A stretch of DNA of 60,176 nucleotides from a virus. The first letter of the stretch is position 1. The number at the start of each line of letters is the position of its first letter. Under the pieces are notes generated by a model. It saw only the letters and a program-made list of their open reading frames with translations, was not told where the DNA came from and did not search any database. The DNA lies in IMG/VR virus record IMGVR_UViG_3300027805_000002. One strand, 5' to 3'. Positions 1-8,193 of the stretch are shown piece after piece. The translations under genes and the position numbers were made by a program.

Positions 1-230
1 GTCGTCATCGTCGAACGCGTCGTCATCGTCGAACGCGTCGTCATCGTCGGGGGTGTCGTCGTCGTCGTGGTCGAGGTCACCGAAACCGTCGTCACCGTCG
101 TCACCGTCGTCACCGTCGTCACCGTCAGGCGACGACTCATCACCCTCGTCACCCTCGTCACCCTCGTCACCGTCATCGGGCTCAGGGGGCTGCGTGGGCT
201 CAGGGGGTTGAGGGGGCTGAGGGGGCTGAG
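1..230. repeat. In-frame short tandem repeats inside the CobT-like gene (18-bp gtcgtcatcgtcgaacgc x2.7, 9-bp accgtcgtc x4, 9-bp caccctcgt x3, gggggctga-type repeats)
   Basis: Direct reading of nt 1-230. All units are multiples of 3 and encode DDDDAF, DGD, GDE and PPQ repeats on the minus strand. Confidence 0.8.
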
Positions 231-987
231 GCACGTCAGGCTGGTCGGGCGGTGCCGACACGGGCTCAAGGGCGCGCCACTTCAAGACGAACCGGCAGGC
301 CACGTCGTAGCTCCAGAGGGAAGCGAACTCGATGCCCTCCGGGGCGTTGACGCACTGGTCGTACAGCCAACGGTACAGGTCACCCTTGGGGCCGGGGATC
401 CGACCCAGCAGGGCAGCCGTGAACGCGTTGCCGTTGCCAAAGGCCTGCCTCGACAGCAGGGCCGCGGTGAACGCGGCATGCCGCCACTCGCAGGGATTCC
501 ACGGCTTGCCGTTGATCTCGGCCACCAGCTTCGTCAGGAGGCGGCGGAAGAGGCCGCGGGCATTGCGCGCCGGCGACTTGGTGATGACCGCGTTCTCCAT
601 GCGGCCATCCTCCAGCCCGTTCGCGATCGGGTGAGCGATCTCGCGGGAGACCCCGTAGCCTTGGCAGAGTTGCCTGATCGCGTCGATGTCGTTGTTGGTG
701 AAGATCACGTGCCCCGTCTCGTGCAGGGTGTAGGCAGCGATCAGGTCAGCCTCAGCGCGGGACAGCACCGCGTGGTCCGGCAACGCCGGATAGTTGATCC
801 GGAAGCTGCGGCCGCGCTTGAGCGTCTCCCAGCGGGCCATCGGGAACTGGTCCCAGACCGCATAGGCCTGCTTGCCCTCGAAGACGATCTGGCAGGACTG
901 GACGTACAGGCCGGCAGCAGCAACCTGCTTCTGCGCGGCCAAGGGAAGGGCAGCCTTGATGGCGCTGCCCAGAACTCGGTTTGACAT
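1..987 (-). CDS. CobT-like protein, N-terminal 329 codons (HExxH motif, Pro-rich linker, poly-Asp/Gly/Glu tail); continues at 59792..60176 across the window junction
   Basis: ATG at 987-985 lies 10 nt after the stop of the upstream gene, with a GGAGGA SD. My translation is MSNRVLGSAIKAAL...AYTLHETGHVIF...PPQPPQPPEP..DDGDEGDEGDEGD..DDDDAFDDDD. It is absent from the ORF track because it runs off the window start. Confidence 0.6.
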   Translation of the reverse strand, partial: MSNRVLGSAIKAALPLAAQKQVAAAGLYVQSCQIVFEGKQAYAVWDQFPMARWETLKRGRSFRINYPALPDHAVLSRAEADLIAAYTLHETGHVIFTNNDIDAIRQLCQGYGVSREIAHPIANGLEDGRMENAVITKSPARNARGLFRRLLTKLVAEINGKPWNPCEWRHAAFTAALLSRQAFGNGNAFTAALLGRIPGPKGDLYRWLYDQCVNAPEGIEFASLWSYDVACRFVLKWRALEPVSAPPDQPDVPQPPQPPQPPEPTQPPEPDDGDEGDEGDEGDESSPDGDDGDDGDDGDDGFGDLDHDDDDTPDDDDAFDDDDAFDDDD

Positions 988-997
988 GGCGTCCTCC

Positions 998-2200
998 TCA
1001 GACGGTGGGGGTGACAGGGGCCACCGTCTTGAGCACGACCGCGTTGCCCTTGAGGGCGTCTTCGATCATGTTCGCGTCGACGTTGGCAGCCCACAGCTGT
1101 TGCAGGATCTCGTGGCAGTCGAGCGGCGCACGGTTCACGACCGCAAGCTCGTAGGCCTCGCGGGGAGCGATGCCGTCGAGCAGGGCCTCGGCGAGGTAGA
1201 AGGCCTCGCGCATCGTGGGCGGCGACTCCAGAGCGCCGGTCTCGGCCTTGCTGCGCGCCACGCACAGGAAGTCCGCGATCAGGCGGGCCAGCGCCGGGTT
1301 CGCACCGGTCTGGCTCACGATGATCTCGGCCTCCTCGTCGGCAGGCAGGTAGGCGAACTGCGCGAAGTACGCGAAGCGGCTCAGGAACGCGTTGTTCTGC
1401 TCACGCAGACCCGCGTACACACCAGCCGCATCGCCGCGCCCGTTGCTGTTGTCGGCAGCGAAGAACGTGACGCCGGGGCCCTTCTTCACGACCTCGCCCG
1501 TCTCCGGGATGGTCACGATGCCGATCGGCTCAAGAGCCGCATGCAGCGAAGACGTGTACTCAGGACGGGCGAACCCGACCTCGTCGAGCAGGATCACGCA
1601 GCCGGGGCGGCGGAAGCCTTGCAGCACGAGGCCGTCCTGCCAGACCGTCGAGGCCGCCTTGGCGCGCTCCCCGCCGATCACGTGGTACGCCTCAAGCGAG
1701 GCATCGAACTGCACCCGCAGGAAGCCGCGGCCCAGACGGGCACACAGCTGTCGCACGAACTCGGTCTTGCCGGTGCCGGCAGGCCCACCCAGCCACATCG
1801 GCCGGCCCCGCTTCAGGGCCGACAGGGCAGCCTTGAGGTGCTTCGGGTTGAACCGGTAGTCGGCCATCGGCTCGGGGGCGCCCGGGTCGTTCCAGAGCTC
1901 GACCTCGACGTCCGCGAGGCCCTTGACCCCGGGGAACGCCTTCGAGGCCCGCACGGTGGCCACGACCTTGATGTCGTAGACCGGCGGGGCGTACGAGGGA
2001 ACCGGGACAGGAGCCGGCACGATGCCGGAGATCAGGGCGCTGCCGCCACCCTTGACCAAGGCCTCGACGCTGTCCCGCGAGGCCGCGGCCAGCAGCTTGG
2101 CAACCAAGCTCTCCTTGGTGGCCCGGGCATAGTCGCCCATGGTGACGCCAAGCTGGCGCCCGATGGAGACAAGCTCCATCTTCGACAGATCTTCGATCAT
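998..2200 (-). CDS. AAA+ ATPase, MoxR/CobS-like (AAA_5 type)
   Basis: Walker A is GGPAGTGKTE and Walker B is VILLDEVG. An ATG at 2200 has a GGAGG SD; the track ORF 998..2275 starts further upstream. The gene sits directly upstream of the CobT-like and VWA genes. Confidence 0.75.
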   Translation of the reverse strand: MIEDLSKMELVSIGRQLGVTMGDYARATKESLVAKLLAAASRDSVEALVKGGGSALISGIVPAPVPVPSYAPPVYDIKVVATVRASKAFPGVKGLADVEVELWNDPGAPEPMADYRFNPKHLKAALSALKRGRPMWLGGPAGTGKTEFVRQLCARLGRGFLRVQFDASLEAYHVIGGERAKAASTVWQDGLVLQGFRRPGCVILLDEVGFARPEYTSSLHAALEPIGIVTIPETGEVVKKGPGVTFFAADNSNGRGDAAGVYAGLREQNNAFLSRFAYFAQFAYLPADEEAEIIVSQTGANPALARLIADFLCVARSKAETGALESPPTMREAFYLAEALLDGIAPREAYELAVVNRAPLDCHEILQQLWAANVDANMIEDALKGNAVVLKTVAPVTPTV

Positions 2201-2306
2201 CGCGATCCTCCGCGCTGGGGTGCGGCCCAGCAACCGTCGAGCACTAAGCTCACAGATGCACGGCAACCCGCGCATCGGTGAGCCCCCGCAGCGGGGGCAG
2301 CACTCA

Positions 2307-2507
2307 TCAATCCTCGTTCCAGCAGCGCATCGAGGACGTCTCTGCCCCCGTCATCGGGCGCATCTCGCCCTCCCAGTCGCAGAGGAACTCGATCTTGAAC
2401 CCCTTGTTGCGCAGGCTGTCGCCCTCGTAGTCAACCTGCCACCACTGGGCAGAGGAGACGACCGCGGCGAGGTCACCAGAGGGGGAGTAGGCGTTCAGGA
2501 CGTACAT
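2307..2507 (-). CDS. hypothetical protein
   Basis: Track ORF 2307..2519. The ATG at 2507 is preceded by a GGAG SD. It is the first gene of the wrap-around minus-strand operon. Confidence 0.45.
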   Translation of the reverse strand: MYVLNAYSPSGDLAAVVSSAQWWQVDYEGDSLRNKGFKIEFLCDWEGEMRPMTGAETSSMRCWNED

Positions 2508-2860
2508 CAGAAGCTCCAAGCCACCGTGCGGGGTGGCAACCGTTCGAGCATCAGGCTCGCATCAGCACCCGGGCAGGGCGCTCATGCGAACCGGCCGACA
2601 CCCCGTTCAGGGGAGGCAACCGGCTCGATACATGTTTTCACCGGCATTCAGTGGGGCAAGCCACCCGATCCGCCGTCCGACCGTATACAGGGCCGTTCTG
2701 TCCGCTGCCGCCAGCCTCTCGACTGGCACCCGGTGTCCCGGGGGAGCAGCGCCCGACAGGAAGCCAGTCGGGCACGGCGCTGGTTGTCCACCCACCAGCA
2801 GGAAAGATCAGAGACTCCGGAGAGTCGTCGATCAGCAAGGCCAACCGACAGGAATGATTC

Positions 2861-2889
2861 TTGCACAGCTGTGGGATCGGTGCAATACG
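2861..2889 (+). promoter_or_regulatory. Candidate promoter for the late (+) block: TTGCAC-N17-AATACG, with the -35-like box overlapping ACAGCTGT
   Basis: The sequence is ttgcACAGCTGTgggatcggtGCAATACGt, about 100 nt upstream of terS. The same architecture recurs at 31891-31918. Confidence 0.35.
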
Positions 2890-2986
2890 TGCGTGGATTG
2901 GTGCAGGAAGACACGCGTGGAGCTTGTACAACGATACGTGGAAGTGGTAAATTTACGTTCCAGATCAACCACTTAGGCCAACACGC

Positions 2987-3640
2987 ATGAGCAGCCCCAC
3001 CCCCAAGAAAGACCCCACAACTAAGTCGGGAACTGGGGTCAAAGCGAAGGGCGCGCCCCCAAAGTGGTCGACAGCCGGGCTGGCATCGCGCCGTGAACAC
3101 AACAGGGCGAAGCGCAAGGAGATCGAGGCACAGGAGACAGCCGGCATGAAGGAGAGGGCGCTGGCGGCCTACGAGGGAGGCGGGGCAGTGCGAAAACCCG
3201 GCCGCCCCACCAGCTACACCAAGGCACAGGGGGAAGACATGTGCGCATGGATCGCAGCAGGCAACAGCCTGCGCGGCTGGTGCATCAGGAACAAGGTAGG
3301 ACTGAGGACGGTGTACCAGTGGATCAGCGCGCAGAGGGAGCTACAGGTGCTGTATGGGGAGGCATGCGAGCACCGTGCTGACAGCCTCGCGGATGAGCTC
3401 ACAGACATTGCGGATGCGCCAGCACCGGAGGATGGGCTGACGATGGAAGAGGTGCAGTTGCGCCGATTGCGCATTGACACGCGAAAGTGGGTGGCCGCTC
3501 ACTTACGTCCTGCGCGTTGGGGAGACTCAGCGCCGACAGCCACTGCGGGTAGCATCACAATCCAGATCGGGATCCCTGAGCGTGCGCCAACCGAGGTGAT
3601 TGAAGCGGTTCAGCCGACAACTGTTGCGCTAAGTGCTTGA
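2987..3640 (+). CDS. terS: terminase small subunit
   Basis: The pattern RPTSYTK...CAWIAAGNSLRGWC...TVYQWI...RLRIDTRKWVAAHLRPARWGD matches gp3-type small terminases (Terminase_5-like). It is the first gene of the late block. Confidence 0.7.
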   Translation: MSSPTPKKDPTTKSGTGVKAKGAPPKWSTAGLASRREHNRAKRKEIEAQETAGMKERALAAYEGGGAVRKPGRPTSYTKAQGEDMCAWIAAGNSLRGWCIRNKVGLRTVYQWISAQRELQVLYGEACEHRADSLADELTDIADAPAPEDGLTMEEVQLRRLRIDTRKWVAAHLRPARWGDSAPTATAGSITIQIGIPERAPTEVIEAVQPTTVALSA

Positions 3641-3947
3641 TTTCATTGGTGATCTGGACGGATAGCGCAGCCGTCTGCACCTGATTCCACAGCTGTGCCC
3701 GGCGGGCCGTCAGCACTCACCGCGGCGCAGCAGGGGGCGGCGTGGGGGGGCGGGGGGGGCATGCGGACCACGGCGGCCGACCCCGGGGGGTCGAGCCTCT
3801 CCTCTCCCCACCCTTCACGCACTACCGGCGACCGCAGCCGTGTATCGCTCCCCACACTGCACGGTGCCCCCCCCTGTTGGACCCACAGCAGGAGACGCCG
3901 GGGTACTGCTTGTTTTGCCGGCAATATCAGCAAAGGCCCCTTAGGGC

Positions 3948-4199
3948 TCAGTGCAGGCTGGCTTTGTCGAAGCTTCTCAGGATCATGCCGGCAAGGCGCC
4001 AGATGTCGGTGTGATCACCGATCTCCCTGAGGTTGAACTCGGTCTCGAACATGTGGGGCTGGCCGTAGAGGTTGCACAGCCCGGTGATCTTGGCGAGATG
4101 GGGGGCGAGGATGTTGGTGGAGCGGACCTGCACTGTGCTCAGGGGCCCGCCGATGGAGTTCAGGGCTTGCTCAAGGAGTTCGGGAGGGATGTGGGACAT
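3948..4199 (-). CDS. hypothetical protein (reverse-oriented gene inserted between terS and terL)
   Basis: An 83-codon ORF with strongly G/C-ending codons. An in-frame stop lies 12 nt upstream of its ATG. Confidence 0.5.
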   Translation of the reverse strand: MSHIPPELLEQALNSIGGPLSTVQVRSTNILAPHLAKITGLCNLYGQPHMFETEFNLREIGDHTDIWRLAGMILRSFDKASLH

Positions 4200-4223
4200 G
4201 TTGGCCTTTCAGAGGGGCTTCCC

Positions 4224-4331
4224 CCTGTTCTTCCACTTCTTCCACTTCTGCAACTTCTCCCTGTTCTCCCTGTTCTCCTTGTTCTTCCTGTTTTTCCTGT
4301 TCTTCCTGCTCCGCAGCTTCTTCCTCTTCTT
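4224..4331. repeat. About 12 tandem copies of a degenerate 9-bp unit (CCTGTTCTT)
   Basis: Direct reading. On the minus strand the array reads as E/Q/G/V-rich triplets (EEEEEAAEQEEQEKQEEQGEQGEQGEVAEVEEVEEQG). Confidence 0.8.
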
Positions 4332-4647
4332 CCCGCGCCCCCACTGCTCTCCTACTGTCTTCCTCTGTCCTAGTACTGCTGTTTACTCTTGAAGCACTAC
4401 CACTTGGTGGTGAGGTCGGTGGCAGCCCTTCCCACCGAAGTAGGAATGACTGCGACGGGGGCACCTCTCGTATGGAGCCGGCCGTACGGCCCCCACCTTT
4501 GCGACGCACGGGCGTGGAGTTCGCCACCCGCTTCCGGTTCTTCCGCGTCTTCCCACAGTACCGGTACTGCGCATGCGCCCTGCCGTCCTGTGCTCCGACG
4601 ACGCATGCAGGCCTGACTGTATCAGAGCAATACGTCTGGTGTGGGGG

Positions 4648-4684
4648 CAAAAAAAGGCCTCCTGAGCCGAAACTTAGGAGGCCT
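4648..4684 (-). terminator. Canonical intrinsic terminator on the minus strand (9-bp stem AGGCCTCCT/AGGAGGCCT followed by U7)
   Basis: The minus strand reads AGGCCTCCTaagtttcggctcAGGAGGCCTTTTTTTG. No minus-strand ORF lies upstream of it (to its right). Confidence 0.6.
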
Positions 4685-4725
4685 ATGCCCCGCACATAAG
4701 AAAGGCGGGGATCAGGGAGGAACAA

Positions 4726-6231
4726 ATGACAACGGGGACGAGTATACCGACGATACGTCCAAGGTGGCACAATCTGCGCGTATTGAGGGGGAAGATGGCG
4801 GGATTGAACTACGTGCCGCCCGGGCCTCAGGCTCTGGCGTTCCATCAGGATGACTCGTTCGGCCGTGGGCTGATGGGCCCAGTCGGGTCGGGCAAGTCGT
4901 CGGCCTGCTGCATCGAGATCTTCTACAGGGCCTTGAGGCAGAAGCCCGGCCCGGACGGGATCAGGCGCAGCCGCTGGGCGGCGATCCGCAACACCTACGG
5001 CGAACTGAAGTCCACCACGATCAAGACGTGGTCGGATTGGTTTGAAGGCATGCAGAACATGCGCTGGGACACCCCGATCGTTTCGACGATCAGGCTGGGG
5101 AACATCGGCGATGGGACTGGGCTGGAGCTTGAGGTGCTGTTTCTGGCCTTGGACCGACCTGACGATGTCGGCAAGCTCAGGTCGCTGGAGTTGACCGGGG
5201 CTTGGCTGAATGAGGCCTCAGAACTTGAGAAGGCGGTTCTGGACATGTGTACGCAGCGGGTGGGGCGATACCCCTCGATGCGGATTGGCGGCCCGACGTG
5301 GACCGGCGTGATCATGGACACGAACCCCCCGGACGACGACCACTGGTACTACAAGCTGGCGGAAGAGGAGAAGCCGGAAACCTACTCCTTTTTCCGGCAG
5401 CCCGGGGCCCTGTACCGCGTCACGGACAGGAAGGATCCGGAGTTCGGGAGGTACAAGTCCAACCCGCTGGCCGAGAACATCCGCAACCTTCGTGGCGGCT
5501 ACCAGTACTACCAGCAGCAGATCCCCGGCAAGACCGAGGACTACATCCGGGTCTTCATCTGCGGCGACTACGGCACGACGATGGACGGCAAGCCCGTCTA
5601 CCCGGAGTGGAACGACAAGCTGCACGTCTCTCCGGTCCAGTTGTCTCCAACGCCGGGGATCCCGCTGGTGCTTGGGTTTGACTTCGGCCTGACCCCAGCC
5701 TGCATCATTGGCCAGATGCGCCCGAATGGGCAGGTAGTGGTGGTTGAGGAGCTTGTGTCTGAAGACATGGGCATTCGCCAGTTCTTCAGCGAAGTCGTGC
5801 TTCCGATGCTCAACGGGAAGTACCGCAGCTTCAGGATTGAGGCTGTTGGCGACCCCGCGGGGGCGAACCGGTCACAGACCGACGAGCGGACCTGCTTCGA
5901 GGAGCTGTCGGATCTGGGCCTTGAGTGCGAGCCCGCAATGACCAATGAATTCGTCAAGCGGCGGGAGTCGGTGGCGTTCTTCCTCCAGCGCATTAGCCAG
6001 TCTGGGCCCGGGTTCCTGATCGACCCATCTTGCCGGACCCTGATCAAGGGGTTTCGTGGCGGCTATCGGTATGAGCGCCTCAAGACCTCAGGGCCCGCCC
6101 GCCATAAGGACCGCCCAACCAAAGACAAGTTCAGCCATCCCCATGATGGCCTTCAATACCTGTGCCTCCACCTTAGAGGCGAAATGCAGCCCACGAAAGC
6201 CCGGCAGGTCGAAAGCGTCGCTTGGGCATAG
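4726..6231 (+). CDS. terL: terminase large subunit
   Basis: Walker A is GPVGSGKSS, and a VIMDTNPPDDDHWYY nuclease/ATPase-type motif is present. The 501 aa size and position upstream of the portal fit. A GGGAGG SD precedes the start. Confidence 0.85.
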   Translation: MTTGTSIPTIRPRWHNLRVLRGKMAGLNYVPPGPQALAFHQDDSFGRGLMGPVGSGKSSACCIEIFYRALRQKPGPDGIRRSRWAAIRNTYGELKSTTIKTWSDWFEGMQNMRWDTPIVSTIRLGNIGDGTGLELEVLFLALDRPDDVGKLRSLELTGAWLNEASELEKAVLDMCTQRVGRYPSMRIGGPTWTGVIMDTNPPDDDHWYYKLAEEEKPETYSFFRQPGALYRVTDRKDPEFGRYKSNPLAENIRNLRGGYQYYQQQIPGKTEDYIRVFICGDYGTTMDGKPVYPEWNDKLHVSPVQLSPTPGIPLVLGFDFGLTPACIIGQMRPNGQVVVVEELVSEDMGIRQFFSEVVLPMLNGKYRSFRIEAVGDPAGANRSQTDERTCFEELSDLGLECEPAMTNEFVKRRESVAFFLQRISQSGPGFLIDPSCRTLIKGFRGGYRYERLKTSGPARHKDRPTKDKFSHPHDGLQYLCLHLRGEMQPTKARQVESVAWA

Positions 6232-6239
6232 GAAACGCC

Positions 6240-8138
6240 ATGGACATGAGCCTGCCCCCCACGATCCCTGACACCGTCATCACTTCTTTGTCGGCACACA
6301 TCGAGAAGTGCTACAGCGAGGCCAAGCAATCCAAAGAGCAGATCACGCAGCGCCTGCTTTCTTGCCACCGCCAACGCAAGGGCGAGTACGAGCCGCGGCT
6401 GCGGGCCATGATCGCGCAAAGCGGTGGGCAGGAAATTTTCATGATGCTCACGGACATCAAGTGCCGCGCCGCGGACGCTTGGATCAAGGACGTGATGCAG
6501 AACCACAACGAGGCCACGTGGGCGCTGAACCCGACCACTGAGCCGGAATTGCCGCCGGAAATTGGGGCGGAAATTGAGGGCGTGGTGATGCAGGAGGCTG
6601 CCGCAGTTGCAGCCTCTGGCATGCCGATCGAGCCCGAGACGATGTCGATGCGGCAGAACGAGGTCCTTCAGGAGGCCACTGTCAAGGTCCGCGAGGAGGC
6701 CACCCTGCGATGCAAGCGCATGGAGGACCGGATCATCGACAAGCTGGAGGAGGGTCGCTGGAGAGACGCCCTCGGCGAGGTGATCTACGACTTCACAACC
6801 TACCCCGCCGCCTTCATCAAGGGCCCGGTGCTGCGCAAAAAGAGGCGCATGAAATGGGGCCCAAACTTCACACCCGTGGTGGCTGAAGAGGTGGTGATCG
6901 ATGTCGACCGCATTTCCCCGTACGACATCTTCCCCGGACCGTCTGCCGTTTCAATTCAAGACAGCTATTTGCTTCATCGTCAGCGGCTGACTCGATCCGC
7001 TCTGCGGAACATGAAGGGCCTCAAGGGGTCTCGCCCAGAAATCATTTCCGAGGCCATCAATCAATTTCGTGAAGGCTACAGAACAATTCTGCCGGGCGAC
7101 AACGAATACGAGCTACTCAACAACAACAATTTGACCCACAACGCGGACGGCCTTTTCGAGACTCTCGAATACTGGGGGCCGGCAGCTGGTTTTATGTTGA
7201 TTGAGTGGGGAATGACCGAGGTCGACGGAAATCCTGTTGACCCGGACGACGAATATCAGATAAATGCGTGGAAAGTCGCAAACCACGTTATCCGGGTTGT
7301 GATAAATCCGGACCCGCTTGGTCGTCGCCCGTATTCAAAAGCCTGCTTCGAGGAAATTCCCGGGTCCTTCTGGGGCACAGCGCTGCCGGAAATGATGAAG
7401 GATGTGCAGATCATGTGCAACGCCTCGGCCCGCGCCTTGGCCAACAACATGGGTCTAGCCTCCGGCCCGCAGGTCGAGGTCAACGTCGACCGCCTGCCAC
7501 CCGGCGCCTCGATCACCAGCATGTTCCCGTGGAAGGTCTGGCAGACCACGAACGACCGCTCTGGCTCTGGCCAGCCGGCGATCCGGTTCTTCCAGCCCGA
7601 CATGAACGCGGCCGAGCTCCTGAACGTCTACCAGCACTTCACCCGGGTCGCGGACGAGGTCACGGGGGTGCCGAACTACGTCTATGGCAGCACCAACGTC
7701 TCTGGTGCCGGCAGAACAGCCTCCGGCCTGTCGATGCTGATGGAGAACGCGGCCAAGGGCATCAAGCACGCCATCATGGCGCTGGACCGGGCCAACTCTG
7801 AGGTGGTCCACCGCATCTACACCCACCTGATGATGCATGACCCGGATCAGGCCATCAAAGGCGATATGCAGGTCGTGGCGGCCGGGGCCATTGGCGCCAT
7901 GATCCGCGAGCAGCAGGAGGTTGCCCGCCGCGAGTTCATGGCCGCAACTCTCAACCCGGTCGACACCCAAATCATCGGGGTGGAGGGCAGGGCTTATATG
8001 CTTCGGGAAACTGCCAAGGGCATATTCCCGGACATCGACAAGGTAGTCCCGAATCCCCAGCGGATGAGGGAATTGATGATGCAGCAGCAGCTGGCGGCAC
8101 AACAAGCCGCTCCACAACAAGAAACCCCCATGGCTTGA
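6240..8138 (+). CDS. portal (head-tail connector) protein
   Basis: About 632 aa, immediately after terL, with the start overlapping the terL stop region. The C-terminal part resembles podovirus connectors by eye. Confidence 0.7.
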   Translation: MDMSLPPTIPDTVITSLSAHIEKCYSEAKQSKEQITQRLLSCHRQRKGEYEPRLRAMIAQSGGQEIFMMLTDIKCRAADAWIKDVMQNHNEATWALNPTTEPELPPEIGAEIEGVVMQEAAAVAASGMPIEPETMSMRQNEVLQEATVKVREEATLRCKRMEDRIIDKLEEGRWRDALGEVIYDFTTYPAAFIKGPVLRKKRRMKWGPNFTPVVAEEVVIDVDRISPYDIFPGPSAVSIQDSYLLHRQRLTRSALRNMKGLKGSRPEIISEAINQFREGYRTILPGDNEYELLNNNNLTHNADGLFETLEYWGPAAGFMLIEWGMTEVDGNPVDPDDEYQINAWKVANHVIRVVINPDPLGRRPYSKACFEEIPGSFWGTALPEMMKDVQIMCNASARALANNMGLASGPQVEVNVDRLPPGASITSMFPWKVWQTTNDRSGSGQPAIRFFQPDMNAAELLNVYQHFTRVADEVTGVPNYVYGSTNVSGAGRTASGLSMLMENAAKGIKHAIMALDRANSEVVHRIYTHLMMHDPDQAIKGDMQVVAAGAIGAMIREQQEVARREFMAATLNPVDTQIIGVEGRAYMLRETAKGIFPDIDKVVPNPQRMRELMMQQQLAAQQAAPQQETPMA

Positions 8139-8193
8139 TTTTGTACACAAGCAATACGTCAAGCTATATACTCAACAGTGCGAGGTATCTAAC

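Noticed and set aside
67-2281. Long plus-strand ORFs 67..984 (305 aa) and 872..2281 (469 aa), plus 741..1265 (-)
   Set aside because: They are antisense or off-frame shadows of the CobT-like and AAA+ genes. Their Arg/Gly/Val/Pro-rich composition carries no motifs, whereas the minus-strand frames carry Walker and HExxH motifs with proper SD-start coupling.
3735-3742. GGGCGGCG, identical to the first 8 nt of the lambda cos overhang
   Set aside because: An 8-nt GC-only match in a G-run region of a GC-rich genome is not evidence for a cos site. The circular or overlapping ends give no terminus information.
4171-4845. Full-length 224-aa minus ORF overlapping the terL start
   Set aside because: The N-terminal two thirds are Arg/Pro-rich shadow sequence crossing the terL RBS and a terminator. 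Only the acidic repeat tail (4171-4344) was kept, as a speculative finding.
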